Part shown: in pieces, positions 38,959-51,027 of the stretch | How the letters are laid out: every line of letters starts with the position of its first letter | How positions within the stretch are numbered: position 1 is the stretch's first letter | NCBI GenBank assembly: GCA_022813965.1 | Contig: JALDZS010000039.1 | Location: forward strand, 1-64,000 | Reading direction: 5' to 3' | DNA length: 64,000 nt | Source: Toensbergia leucococca | Taxonomy: Eukaryota | The notes under the pieces: model-generated | Databases searched by the model: none | What the model saw: only the letters and a program-made list of their open reading frames with translations | Told to the model about the DNA's origin: nothing | Program-made: the position numbers and the translations under genes

Positions 38959-41800
38959 ATGATGGCATCAAACCTTCTCTCTCGCTTCCTACCTCCTGCC
39001 ACGGGAACTCCTTCAGTCTACGAAACACTACGCCAACACGACGAGTCACCCCATGAATCTGACGTAGAAGAGCGAGCCGGCATGACAATAGACGAGGAAA
39101 ATTTGGGATCGGCCTTCCACGACTATGAGCTTGACGATGCTCTAGCTGCTGCTGCAGAGAGCCGCATCTCCACATCAAGGCCTACTGTAACAAGTGCCTC
39201 GAAGAAAAAGTCAAAAGCTGATAGAAGAAAGGGAAATAGACAGAATTGGTTACAAGATTCGCCAGGAACAACTGGAGCAGACGACATGGATGACGAAGTC
39301 CCTCAGTCGTTACTCATCGAGGATAACCAGGTTATCGTACCAACTTCGATAGAACATCGTCAAAACCATGAAGACATAACGCCACCCCCTATACCAGGCT
39401 CTACAACTAGAGAAACGAGGACCAAGTGGCAGACTACGCAGGAACAACAAAGCCTTCATCCAAGGCCACCGAAACTCCAAAAAGATGCTCGAAGAAGCCA
39501 AGCACTTGCCTTGATAGATCCAAAAGAAAAGGCTCTCTGGAGATGGGCCAACGTCCAAAACCTTGACAATTTCTTACAAGACGTATATGATTATTTTCTT
39601 GGAAACGGAATCTGGTGCATACTTCTTGGTAGAATGTTAAACCTCTGGTGATTTATTGCAATATCCGAGCTGTTCTGACACTGCTTTGCTAATTCATTTT
39701 AGCCACATTGCCTTTGTCGTCGGCTTCAGTGTTTTCTTGACGTCGTGCATTGACTTCAAAAAAGTGCCGTCGAGTAGGGCTATGGACAAGATCGTAATAC
39801 CCCAATGCATGAAGAAGATGTCCGGCTCAGCAAACCTAATGATCTGGCTCTTCACATTTCTGTGGATCTGCAAGCTATTTCAGTACGTTCTTGGGATTCG
39901 TCGACTTCGGCACATGCATGACTTCTACCATTATCTGCTCGAAATCCCTGACTCGGACATTCAAGCCATTTCCTGGCAAGAGGTGGTCAAGCGTCTCATG
40001 TCACTACGAGACTCAAACCCTTCCACTGCTGGGGCCGTTACGGAGAGACATCGTCGTTTCTTGGGTAGCCAGTCGAAACAACGCATGGACGCCCATGACA
40101 TTGCAAACCGGCTCATGCGTCGAGATAATTACCTGATTGCTTTGATCAACAAAGACATCCTCGACTTGACCCTTCCGATCCCCTTTTTCAAGAACAGACA
40201 ACTTTTTTCGAAAACTTTGGAATGGAATCTGAGCCTGTGCATCCTCGACTATGTCTTCAATGAGCAAGGCCAAGTCCGGCCGCTTTTCTTAAGGGACACG
40301 CACCGTCGCGCTCTTAGTGATGGATTGAGAAGACGTTTCATGTTCGCAGGATTCATGAATGTTGTCTGTGCTCCTTTCATCATTGTATACTTCATGGTAT
40401 GGTACTTCTTCCGATATTTTACCGAGTACCAGCGAAACCCTTCTCAACTTGGATCTCGCCAGTATTCCCCTCTCGCTGAGTGGAAGTTTCGTGAGTTCAA
40501 CGAGCTGTGGCATCTTTTTTCCCGACGAATTAATATGTCTTATCCATTTGCTTCACGCTATATTGATCAATTTCCAAAGGATAAAACTATCCAAGTATCT
40601 CGGTTCATTGCGTTCGTTGCTGGAGCTCTCACTTCTGTCCTGGCCTTGGCATCTGTGATAGATCCGGAGCTGTTCTTGGGGTTTGAGATCACTCCAGATC
40701 GTACTGTTCTATTCTATCTTGGAGTCTTCGGGACTATATGGGCCATCGCTAGAGGAGCTGTGCCAGAAGAGAACCTTGTCTTCGATCCTGAATATGCGCT
40801 CAACAATGTCACAGAGTACACACACTATCTTCCTAGTCATTGGCGGGGGCGACTTCATGGGGATGAGGTCCGGAAAGAGTTCGCTGTCCTTTACCAAATG
40901 AAGGTTATTATATTTCTCGAGGAGATGCTTAGCATCATTTTCACACCCTTCATTCTTTGGTTCAGCCTTCCAAAATGTAGCGACCGACTTGTGGACTTTT
41001 TCCGAGAATTCACAATACATGTCGATGGGTTAGGATATGTCTGCTCCTTCGCCGTATTCGACTTCAAGAAAGGGGGCAACGATGTAGCTCAGCAGGATGA
41101 AGCTGCCCAAGATCTGCGAGATGAGTACTACTCCACGAAGGATGGCAAGATGCTCGCATCGTACTATGGCTTCATCGACAACTATGTGACGAATCCACGG
41201 CCCGGTGTACCGTTTCTGCATCCCTCGAACAAAAGACAGTTCTATCCTCCCCCAGTATTCCCGGGACTAATGTCACCCACTTTGGCCGCCGAGCTGAATG
41301 GACCAGGCGGTAGTAGACCTGATAGAGGGGATCGCCAGCAACGACCATCTATACGTTCAACTCCAGCTGGCCATCATTCAGTGCACCGTACGCCAAGATT
41401 TGCTCCAGTGGTTGGCCAATCATCTCCAATGACCTCGATTTTGTTAGATCCCCAACATCAGCCATCGCAGTCAGGCTTCAGACCTATGCACAAACCCAAC
41501 GCCCAATCCAGGCTACGAGCTTCGCGAAAACCGCTCGTTGACCCCGTCGAGGACAACGAAGAGGCCGCCGCACTGGAGAATACCGTTCAATTGGGTGGGG
41601 AAAGTAACGAAGTCGCAGTCGACGATAGTAACCTGGGTGATTCTTGGAAGACAACACGTGCAGGAACCATTGACGACGAAGCAGGTCGCGATGAAGATGG
41701 ACATACTGTTGCACAAGATTCAGGACCGGGTGTCCTGGGCCTTGTGTACCAGTTCTCCAAGGCCCACAAGGAAGGAAGAGGAGCAGGTGTTAACATTTAG
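38959..41800 (+). CDS. ATG9: Autophagy-related protein 9 (lipid scramblase), 2 exons
   Basis: [80 protein letters not shown]. Confidence 0.97.
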
Positions 41801-42462
41801 CATTGCATCGCATCACAGTCAGGACCAGGATACCCGCATCTGGTCCCAGTGAAGGTGTAGCGTTGGAAGACATGGAGTCAATCAGACATAGTCTGTTTGC
41901 GGAGTTCTAGGGCCATAGTGCTGGTTTAGCTATGGAGGGCATCTCGTAGCACTTTATTGATTATCAGCAAATGAAGCAGTCAATTATGTCGAAAGTTGAC
42001 GGTCCTAATTCCACTATAATAATTATCACCTTCTAATCCCTATAATTATTTCTTCTATAAAGGCAAGAGTCTCGTATGGTTTTGGTCTGGTGGTATCGTT
42101 GCGGTAACAATCAGACGCTATAGAAATGAGGAAGATGTAACATATCGGCGTGGTGTTGATTTATACAGATGATTGATATGAACTGTCTTGGTTTGGGATG
42201 GGGGGTCTTTGTCCTCGGGGGTGTTGGAGCTTTGAATTTGTGACCGCATCTTGGACCGATTGTTTGAAAAAAGTTCCATCATCGTCACCACTGACTTTCA
42301 CAGCACAGTGATCACAACAAACTTCAAATTTGCACCCCACACTCTTCCCCATCTCATGAAAGTCCTCATCATCGCTCTGACCACTTGAATAAACTAATAG
42401 GCACATTGACTTCCTCTTCAACCCTCCCCGCAGGCTATCCTGCTGCGTTGGAGGTGACCATC

Positions 42463-43756
42463 ATGGCTGCCCCAGACGCAAAACCGGTGGAGGAGTATGA
42501 GTATGAACTATGCATTAGGACTTGACATCCTGCGATAGCCTTACTGATGATCTTTCCCAGGTACGAGGCACTGCCAGCCAGCTTCAGTTTGGCACACAAT
42601 ATGCTCGCCGGCGCATTCGCTGGTATTGCAGTAAGTTTGCCCCCCAAAAATCATGTTGAGTACTCCAGCTAAAATGACCTAGGAACATTCGATTATGTAT
42701 CCCGTCGATTCGCTCAAGGTAAATGTCCAATGCCTGAGCCCTGCCCATTAGTTAACGTGAGCAGACACGCCTTCAAATCGTAAATCCTTCTCCGGGCGCC
42801 GTCTATACTGGTCTTTCCAACGCTGTGTCTACAATCTCAAAGATAGAAGGCGTTGGATCACTCTGGCGAGGAGTGTCAAGCGTCATCGTCGGGGCTGGTT
42901 TGTACTACGAAGCTTTACTGCGAGTCATGGTCTTAATCTAGTGAGACAGGTCCTGCACATGCGGTCTATTTTGCAACCTATGAATCCGTCAAGCAAGCTA
43001 TGGGAGGTAACGAAGGGAACGATCATCATCCACTTGCTGCTGGTAATCTCTACTTGGATACCGAAAGCTTCTTCAAGACATGCTAACAGTTCTCAAGCTA
43101 CTAGTGGAGCGTGTGCGACCATCGCTAGTGATGCCCTGATGAACCCCTTCGATGGTTTGCGCCCACTATTGGTCCGCCTTAGTCCTAGCTGACCAGAATC
43201 TTAGTTGTAAAGCAGCGTATGCAGGTACACGGTTCTGTGTACAAGTCAATCTCGAAATGCGCGAAGACTGTCTACAAGACTGAAGGGCTGACTGCGTTCT
43301 ACGTCTCATATCCTACTACTCTTTGCATGACAGTCCCCTTCACGGCACTTCAATTTACTGCCTACGAGAGTATATCTAAAGTCATGAACCCGACCAAAGG
43401 ATATGACCCTCTCACTCATTGCGTTGCTGGAGGTTTAGCCGGGGCTTTTGCCGCAGGATTGACGACGCCTTTGGACGTCATCAAGACATTGTTGCAGACA
43501 AGAGGCACCGCCAACGATGCTGAAATTCGGTCAGCAAAAGGGCTCCTTGTCGCCGCTTCAATCATTAAACGTCAATACGGGTGGAAAGGGTTCTTCCGAG
43601 GTTTGCGACCAAGGATCATTACGACGATGCCCAGCACGGCTATATGTTGGTAAGTCAATCCATAGCAGTCTAATGTTCTTTTCCAAGCTGATCTAGATGT
43701 CAAGGACCTCGTACGAAATGGCGAAAGCGTATTTTATACGCCACTCCAACGACTAG
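42463..43756 (+). CDS. MRS3: Mitochondrial iron carrier Mrs3/Mrs4 (mitoferrin), multi-exon
   Basis: YEALPAS...NMLAGAFAGIAEHSIMYPVDSLKTR, GAGPAHAVYF, MNPFDVVKQRMQ, FYVSYPTT, TTPLDVIKTLLQ (three Px[DE]xx[KR] carrier signatures). Confidence 0.93.
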
Positions 43757-44630
43757 TCTCGCAACACCCGTTGTGCATTCTTTCTAGTCTACATCGCCAT
43801 GAGCATACGGCTTCTTCTTATTCACTGGGCTTCTCAGAATTAATCTTGTTCTTCTAGCACTTCAGCAACTCGATTCTCATTAGTTGCATATTGCATCATA
43901 GTAGGATCAGGGCGTTGGAAAGGCTCCAGGAGATGGAAATCGGCGTTGCATCTAGCATTTTCAATGTGTTACGATAGACGGGTGGCAGCATTTGTTCTCT
44001 GTTACCCAATGGGCCCCTGGTACGCCACGGTGGCTCAAGCATTTTCAGGTCGTTAGTGAGCGTTCGAGCGACGAATCTTTTCTAAAAGTTCTCGAGGTCA
44101 TCCTCCTCGAGGTGTACATAGGGATTTGCTTTGAAAAAGTAGCTTTGAGATACCAATTCTCCCTTTAAGGAGAGGCAAATGTTCCGAGCTCTATTCATCA
44201 CGTATCATACTAGTAGCTCCTCATCATCGTTTGACTTAGCCGCTCGCCGTGCCACAGATTTGACATCTCATCTGCAGACTGCAGTCACCTTTCGGCTAGC
44301 GAGGCCGAAAGGGGGCCTCAATCCCGACCTACGCCCGTGTTCGTAGTCGCGAGGCAGTGCTCGTACAAGTAATCAGCCTTACTCCATCTACAATTTGACA
44401 ACCTGCCTTAAAGAATGGAAACTGTTGATTGACCTTTTTATGTTTGTGGTTCTGAAGGGCAAGTGGACTCGTTGGACCAGGGAAAGCGCAACGTCATAAG
44501 ACCACAACACGAGTCAGGGCCTTTAAGTACGCCCGCCGATACAGCATCCCTCTCACGTTCATTGACTCTTCTATACTCGAGAATTTCTTGAAGCTTTGTA
44601 TGGACCAGCTTGAATCTTCAACCGTATCAG

Positions 44631-47297
44631 ATGATGCGCACCAAACCCTCGTCTTCTATGCAGAAGACGTACGATGAGTGCTATCTGGTCTGCTCCACTG
44701 CTGTCTATTTTGAAGGGCAGGTACGTATTCCAGCAAGACAATGATGTTTTGCAAGCTCGTCGCTGATAGCATTTTTTCTCAAAAAGAACAATGAAGCAGA
44801 AGCACTTCGCTCATGGCGCTCCGCTCTGGATCAGATTTACTACCATAATGCCTATAGAGTTCCACCGAACTATCGCCCCAAATCCGAAACCGAGAAAGCT
44901 CTCCAGGACTCCCTTCGAGACATGGAAATTCAATGCAAGGAACGAGTAGATCTATTGGAAGCTCTGCGGCAGAGCAGAGCCGAGGCAAACCAAAGCACCG
45001 CTAGATCTAGCAATGGTACAGCAAGGCTAGAAAAAGCATCATTGCCAAAGACACCCAGGGACAGTATAGAACAGGAGGATATGGGATGGATTGGACAGGG
45101 CACAATTCCTCCTCTAAGCTTTCCTGACCTACCAAGACCAGGCCCTCCTCTTCCCCAACGCCCACCTATCCTCCAGCGTAGAACCTCAGAAAGTCGATCG
45201 TACCGATCACATAGTGTACCACAAAGCCAAAATCCCTCGCCCATTCTACCCTACTCGTCACCTGTGGTTACAAATCAAACATCGAGGACACCAAGCCCGG
45301 AGAAGAAGAGTAGAATGCTGACCACTTTACGACCGAACAAAGATGGCAAAAGGCCCTCAAAATCCCTCAGAACCTCGGGTGCGAGACGGTCTGGCCCTCC
45401 TGTTCCATTACAAGCTGCAGGTCTTGCCTGGGATTCTATATCCCGGGGTTCTGGACAAAGGCTTGGACAAGAATTGGCAGCTCATGGTGGGAGTACAACT
45501 TCTGTGAACACTTTACAACGTGATGTACAGTCTCGTTCCGAGTCAGCCGGTGCAGTCAGTAGAGAGCGCACGTCTTCATTCATAGGTTCTCATGGTCCAC
45601 TTGACTCGATGTCAAACCAAGAATCAGCGAGGCCAAATAGCTCTAGCGCAGGTCAAATGATTGTTCCGTCCCAAGACTTTGGTGGGATATCAAACGTTGT
45701 TCAGTCACAGACATTCGAGGATCTCATTTCTCTAGAACCACCAACGCCGCCACAACATGACACAGAAACAAACCCCCCGCTGATAACGAAGACTAGGACA
45801 AAGTCACCAGCTCGGCCAAAGTCACAAGTTGATTATCTATCTTACAGAAATGAGTACCTGAAAGCTCCTCCCAAGTCCAAGGTCACCACTCAACCCTTAA
45901 GTCCGGCATCCAGCCGATACAGCGAGAGCACTTCGCCCCTGCCCATCCGGCAACGTTCACCGCAAAGAAAAACCAGGCCCCCTGTTCCAACTCGTATCTC
46001 TCGTCGCCCTGTTGAACAGGTATCCTCGCCTCAATCTGCTAGACAAGATAGGGGTAGTTTGGGAAAAGCTAGATCCTCGGATAGTGCTGACGAGCATACG
46101 AGCAGCAGTCGCGAGGCACCCAATGGTCCCGCCCGGAGTCCTCGGAAAAGCCGAAAGGATCCTGTTCCAACTAAAGAACCTACGACACCACCTTTGACCG
46201 ATAAAGATTCTTCAGAGGAGACAGCTTTGGATAAAGCCTGCGAGAAGCGAATTAAGCACGTCCAGAAGCATTTACCAAAGGGAGTCGATGAGAACGCTGC
46301 GAAGCAGATATTCAATGAGATTGTGGTCAAAGGTGATGAGGTTCACTGGGATGATGTGGCAGGTTTAGATGTAGCCAAGAATGCCCTGAAAGAGGCGGTT
46401 GTATATCCTTTTCTACGACCAGACCTGTTCATGGGACTCCGAGAACCAGCGAGAGGTATGCTTCTATTTGGTCCTCCGGGAACTGGAAAGACTATGCTCG
46501 CACGAGCTGTAGCCACTGAATCGCGATCCACATTTTTTGCCATTTCGGCCAGTAGCCTTACTTCAAAGTTCCTAGGCGAGTCAGAAAAGCTAGTACGAGC
46601 CCTCTTCTCCTTAGCGAAAGCTTTAGCTCCATCGATCATTTTCGTCGACGAGATAGACTCGCTCCTATCATCACGCGGAGGATCTAGTGAGCACGAGTCC
46701 ACCAGGCGTATCAAAACCGAATTTCTTATCCAATGGTCTGATTTGCAGCGAGCTGCAGCAGGGAAGGTGCAGACGGATAAGGAGAAGCTAGAAGGTGACG
46801 CAAGCAGAGTCTTAGTCCTGGCAGCTACAAATATGCCTTGGGCGATTGACGAGGCGGCTCGGCGGCGGTTCGTCAGGAGGCAGTATATTCCCTTACCGGA
46901 AGGCATTGTCCGAGCCACGCAGCTGAAGACACTCCTGGGCCATCAGAAGCACAGTCTCAACTCGCAAGACATTCAAGTCCTCGTCGAGTTGACAGATGGT
47001 ACGTCTCCCTCTCTCCTCTTCTTCTTCGCGCGACGAGCTCCAGTGACGAATCTCCCACACTAACAAACTAAATCAGGCTTCTCGGGTTCGGACATCACAG
47101 CCCTGGCGAAAGACGCGGCCATGGGCCCGCTGAGGAGTCTGGGCGAACGGTTACTACTCATGTCTACGGATGAGATTCGCCCAATAGGGTTTGAGGATTT
47201 TGAGGCCAGCTTGGTCAATATTCGGCCCAGTGTCGGGAAGCAGGGTCTTAAAGAATTTGAGGATTGGGCCAAGGAGTTTGGGGAGAGGGGGGGTTAG
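44631..47297 (+). CDS. Spastin/fidgetin-like AAA ATPase (Sap1/Yta6 family), 3 exons
   Basis: N-terminal [14 protein letters not shown] MIT-like exon, long S/P/R-rich linker, Walker A GPPGTGKT, Walker [20 protein letters not shown], Vps4_C-like end FEDWAKEFG. Confidence 0.92.
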
Positions 47298-47657
47298 ATG
47301 GGGTGGCGCATTTTGGTTGGGGGCCTAAGGATTCCGTGTTTTTTGTTGGCTTCTGCTGGGGGTGGAGAAAGGGAGGTGTGGGGGATAATGAAAGTTGGTA
47401 GGTAGGTAGGGAGGACTAAGAGTTAATTTATACTGCTATGTGCGTTGATGACATTATTCAAAGGCTCCTGATGCATGAACACCCCCTCCCCTGTTTCTAC
47501 CCATCACATCAGGAAACATCATGATTTCACACCACGTTTTTTGACTTAAACTCCCCACCTCCTTTCCATGCCATCTACCTCATTTTTTCTGAGCCCTTTA
47601 GAAGCTTCATCACACATTGTAACATCCAATGACTTTAGCACCATGCTGACCCATTTT

Positions 47658-47682
47658 CATTTCATTTCATTTCATTTCATTT
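47658..47682. repeat. (CATTT)5 microsatellite
   Basis: Read directly. Confidence 0.85.
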
Positions 47683-48277
47683 ACCCCCACACACACCCGC
47701 GGACCACAAAATCCTAGAAAAGAAAGGTGAAAAAATCAATGCACAAATCTCACATCGCGTATCCACTTGATAGGTACACTTTCCCCCCCTCCTCCCCGGG
47801 GGTCCGTAAAATCAACTAGATTACGAAGGAGGGCATGCCTGATTTGTTCAGGCCATATTCTACGAGTAAGCAGAGGGATGGACATATGATGAGGTGGAGA
47901 TGGAAGGTGTTGGGATTGATTGGGTGTATTGTTTTTTGGGTAGGGGGTGGGGTGTGGGGAAATTTAGGGTGGGTTTTTTGGGCGGTTGGTGCTGGGTTTG
48001 AATGGTGTGCGATAGAGGTGAGGATGTTGAGTCGAGCATGTGGTGCGGATTCCTTTCTGTGATGTTGTGCTCGGGTAGGGCTTTAAAAGGGATTTTGTGG
48101 TGGGGGGAGATGTCAGTGTGTTGGCAGCCCCCCCCTTTTTTTTTACGGATTTTATAAATTTTTGTGATGTCACCGAGCTAAAATTTCACGCGTAGGTAGG
48201 TAGTTTCATAGCTTGGTCCATGTGATTGCAAATCATAAACCTAGACACGCAAGACTAGAAACTAATTAGGTACATGG

Positions 48278-48553
48278 ATTTCCAATCTGCTTCCTTCTGG
48301 AAAAATGTTAGACTGGTTTTCGAAGTTTCCGACAATACATGTACGAGGAGTACCTATCCAGCCCCCTTTCGTCCGAAAAAAGTTGCATGATTTTCCATCT
48401 GCTGGTATGAAAACTGGACTGGGTTTTGGTTTCGACATTTACATGTATTCCAGCCTTTTCCTGCGGAAAAATCAAATCCAATTTCCATCTGTCGAGCCCT
48501 GAATAGTAACCTGAAGTTTGAGTTTCGACAAATGCATGTATCCAGCCTTTTCC
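48278..48553. repeat. Degenerate direct repeat, three units of ~90-110 bp
   Basis: Blocks tttcca(a)tctg, gtttc(c)gaca, (a/g)catgta and tccagcc recur in the same order starting near 48278, 48391 and 48481. Confidence 0.7.
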
Positions 48554-48800
48554 TAAATCTTCAGTCAGCAGGGATTCGCGAATTGAAATTTTAGAAAATT
48601 TACTCTGGTCCTAGAAAATTACCTTGACCCTGAGAACATGAATGATACAATTCATCGACTAAGAGGTCAAGCAGCTTTTCAATGACATTCAAAATCATGG
48701 CGGTAGTCTCGGTATTCGTGATTAGTGAGTTTCATGTATCATGACTTTGGATCCATGAGATGTGCTGTGTTGCCCAATTTTGTTGCCTGCTTTGAGCTTT

Positions 48801-50459
48801 TTAGGGATTTGAAGGGGTATGAGCCATTTGAGAAATAGGAGCCACCGGAGTGGGAGCCATCGGGTTTTTCCCGCCCCTCAAGACATAATTATCGCAGTCG
48901 ACTAAACGCTTCGGATGACAAACGCATCCTCCGTGTCCTCCTTGTCCGATCATGCGGTGACCCTGGAAGAGTCCTTCAATAGATACGGATTTAAGGTTTT
49001 CAAAGCGACGGAGGCTCTCAAGGCCCGAATCCCAACTGCCATCGTACAAGGTGCATTGGGAAAGCTGAAATTGTTCGATGGTAGAAGCGTGAAGAGAAAT
49101 GAAGTCGCGGAGCTCCTGGAGAAACATGCCCACGTTGGTCAAAAGGATTCTCTTTAGGCGCGGGAACGAGATCTTTCCCATCAGTTCGGTGAGTCCCATA
49201 GGAATATGTCGGTCGTATATCTCCATTATTCCAGGATTCCAACAACTTCCACCAATAATTAAAACCTCCAATTGGGTGGCTGCCTTCAAAATCCCGCCTA
49301 GGTAGCTGTCTTCTTGTTCACACAACCAGCGCCATAGTAGTGGCCTTTTCAATGATTCCTCTTTGGAGCCGAGTACAAGGGTAAGGCATTTGAGATGCCG
49401 GAAGATGCTTGGATTGTAGAACACGACGGGAGATTGTATAGGTCCTTCCCTAATAAATTTGAACTCTCGTAAAAGACTACCTCCATTTGACCAGGCAATG
49501 CAAGCATCCATGAGAGCAAATTCGTCATGTTCATCTTGTAGAAGCATGCGATCTAGCGAATCCAACACAGGACCTGGATTGAGACAGAAACGCACACGGT
49601 TAGAATTGCCGTCGTTGACCAATGATACGTCCAAGTCAAAATGACACCCAACGAGGACATGAAGACATTTCACATTTTGAAATAAGGGGATGATGGTTTT
49701 TAAGAGTACGAAGTGCTGATGGTGTTGAAGGATTTGTTCCTGGTCCTCGTACAGCATACGATATTGCCTATACCCACATTCAAAGGCTGCGACCTCCTGC
49801 CTCGCAAAGCCCCATAGAGGTCGATTCTTGGAGGTCAATAAATTCTGGAGGGCAAGCAAAGTCTTCTCAATGTCTGGGATCTCCGGGACACCCCTGTGTC
49901 TCCTAATTTTCATCGATGTAACTATCACACATATCATTTTCCTGAGATAGACTTTATGGTCCGTCGCTAATTCCTTGCTATATCGAGATAGGTCAATCGT
50001 CAATTTTCTGACTTTGGTCCGGAGCGCTGGGTGCTGGCTGACCCGACTAAGAGAATTAAGTGTGTGATTTTCGAGGGCAAGAGTCATGCTCTTGAATAAG
50101 AAGCCTGCTGCGAGGTTGTTGCCTCGTTTACAAACCAACCGGACATTTCTCAGATCATCGACGGGCAGGTACGAGAGGGTATTGTCAAGGAGCTCGGTGG
50201 GCAAGGTATTTAAGTAGTCGACCATTGGTTGCTTCCTGGACTCTTTTGGCTTCTTGCTCCGAAGCTTGGCTCTTGGTATTCGCAAGAAGCCATGATATCG
50301 CTTCTTGCATTGATATTTTGCAACGCATCTACTCCGGAGGCTGGGTAAACAGGGTTAGCTTTGACTAGTAATGATGATTGAGGATAGGAGAAGCCCTGAC
50401 TCGTACCCTGCCCAGCCCGAGCTTGGCGTGATAGGCATTACGCCCGAGGTTGTGGACAT
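48801..50459 (-). CDS. F-box protein with RNI/LRR-like C-terminal region
   Basis: F-box LNTLPTELLDNTLSYLPVDDLRNVRLVCK and LRR-like segments (FPRLKRILL, LKSVSIEGL). A predicted short exon 1 (ATG 50459, intron 50341-50406, GTACGA..CTAAC..CAG) joins in frame; alternative start at 50225. Confidence 0.8.
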
Positions 50460-51027
50460 GAGTCTGCAATTAGGTTCGAGGGTTGATGGTATTCTTCTCA
50501 ACAAAATGGATAGAATACTGCGTAGCTGCACTTGCAAATGCAAAGAGCATCAGCGAGATGTCAAGAGGCTAGACAACACTTTTTTGGTGAAATGGCTCTA
50601 AAGCGCATGGCGATCGACCATGTTGTGAATTCAGACTGACCATAACAAAAACACCAAAATTACAAGTGCGGCGTGAGGCTCTGCGGGTATAGCCGATTGG
50701 CTGGCTGGCGAGCTGCTAGTTGAGAATACCACTTTGTATTGCCTCATGACGTTTCTTCCACCTCTCCCACGCCATCCATCACTCCAGTCGCACATCCCCC
50801 AATGATGGCAATAGCCAGAGAGAAATACCCACACCTTAATTGTACGAGACCTTGCATGTTTGCCTCGACCTATAACCCTGATAACAATTGGCCACTCATT
50901 AACACTCGAGGACGCAATATTGTCACGCTCAGGATCAAGCTGTGCAGCCTGGTATTCCATGCGAAACACAGTCGACTTTAATCTTGTACTTTCTTCGAGA
51001 GGCTGCATAAGCCCTTGGCTCCCTTGA

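Noticed and set aside
48278..48553. CRISPR-like interpretation of the repeat-spacer pattern
   Set aside because: Eukaryotic context, highly degenerate repeats, only three units and no cas genes.
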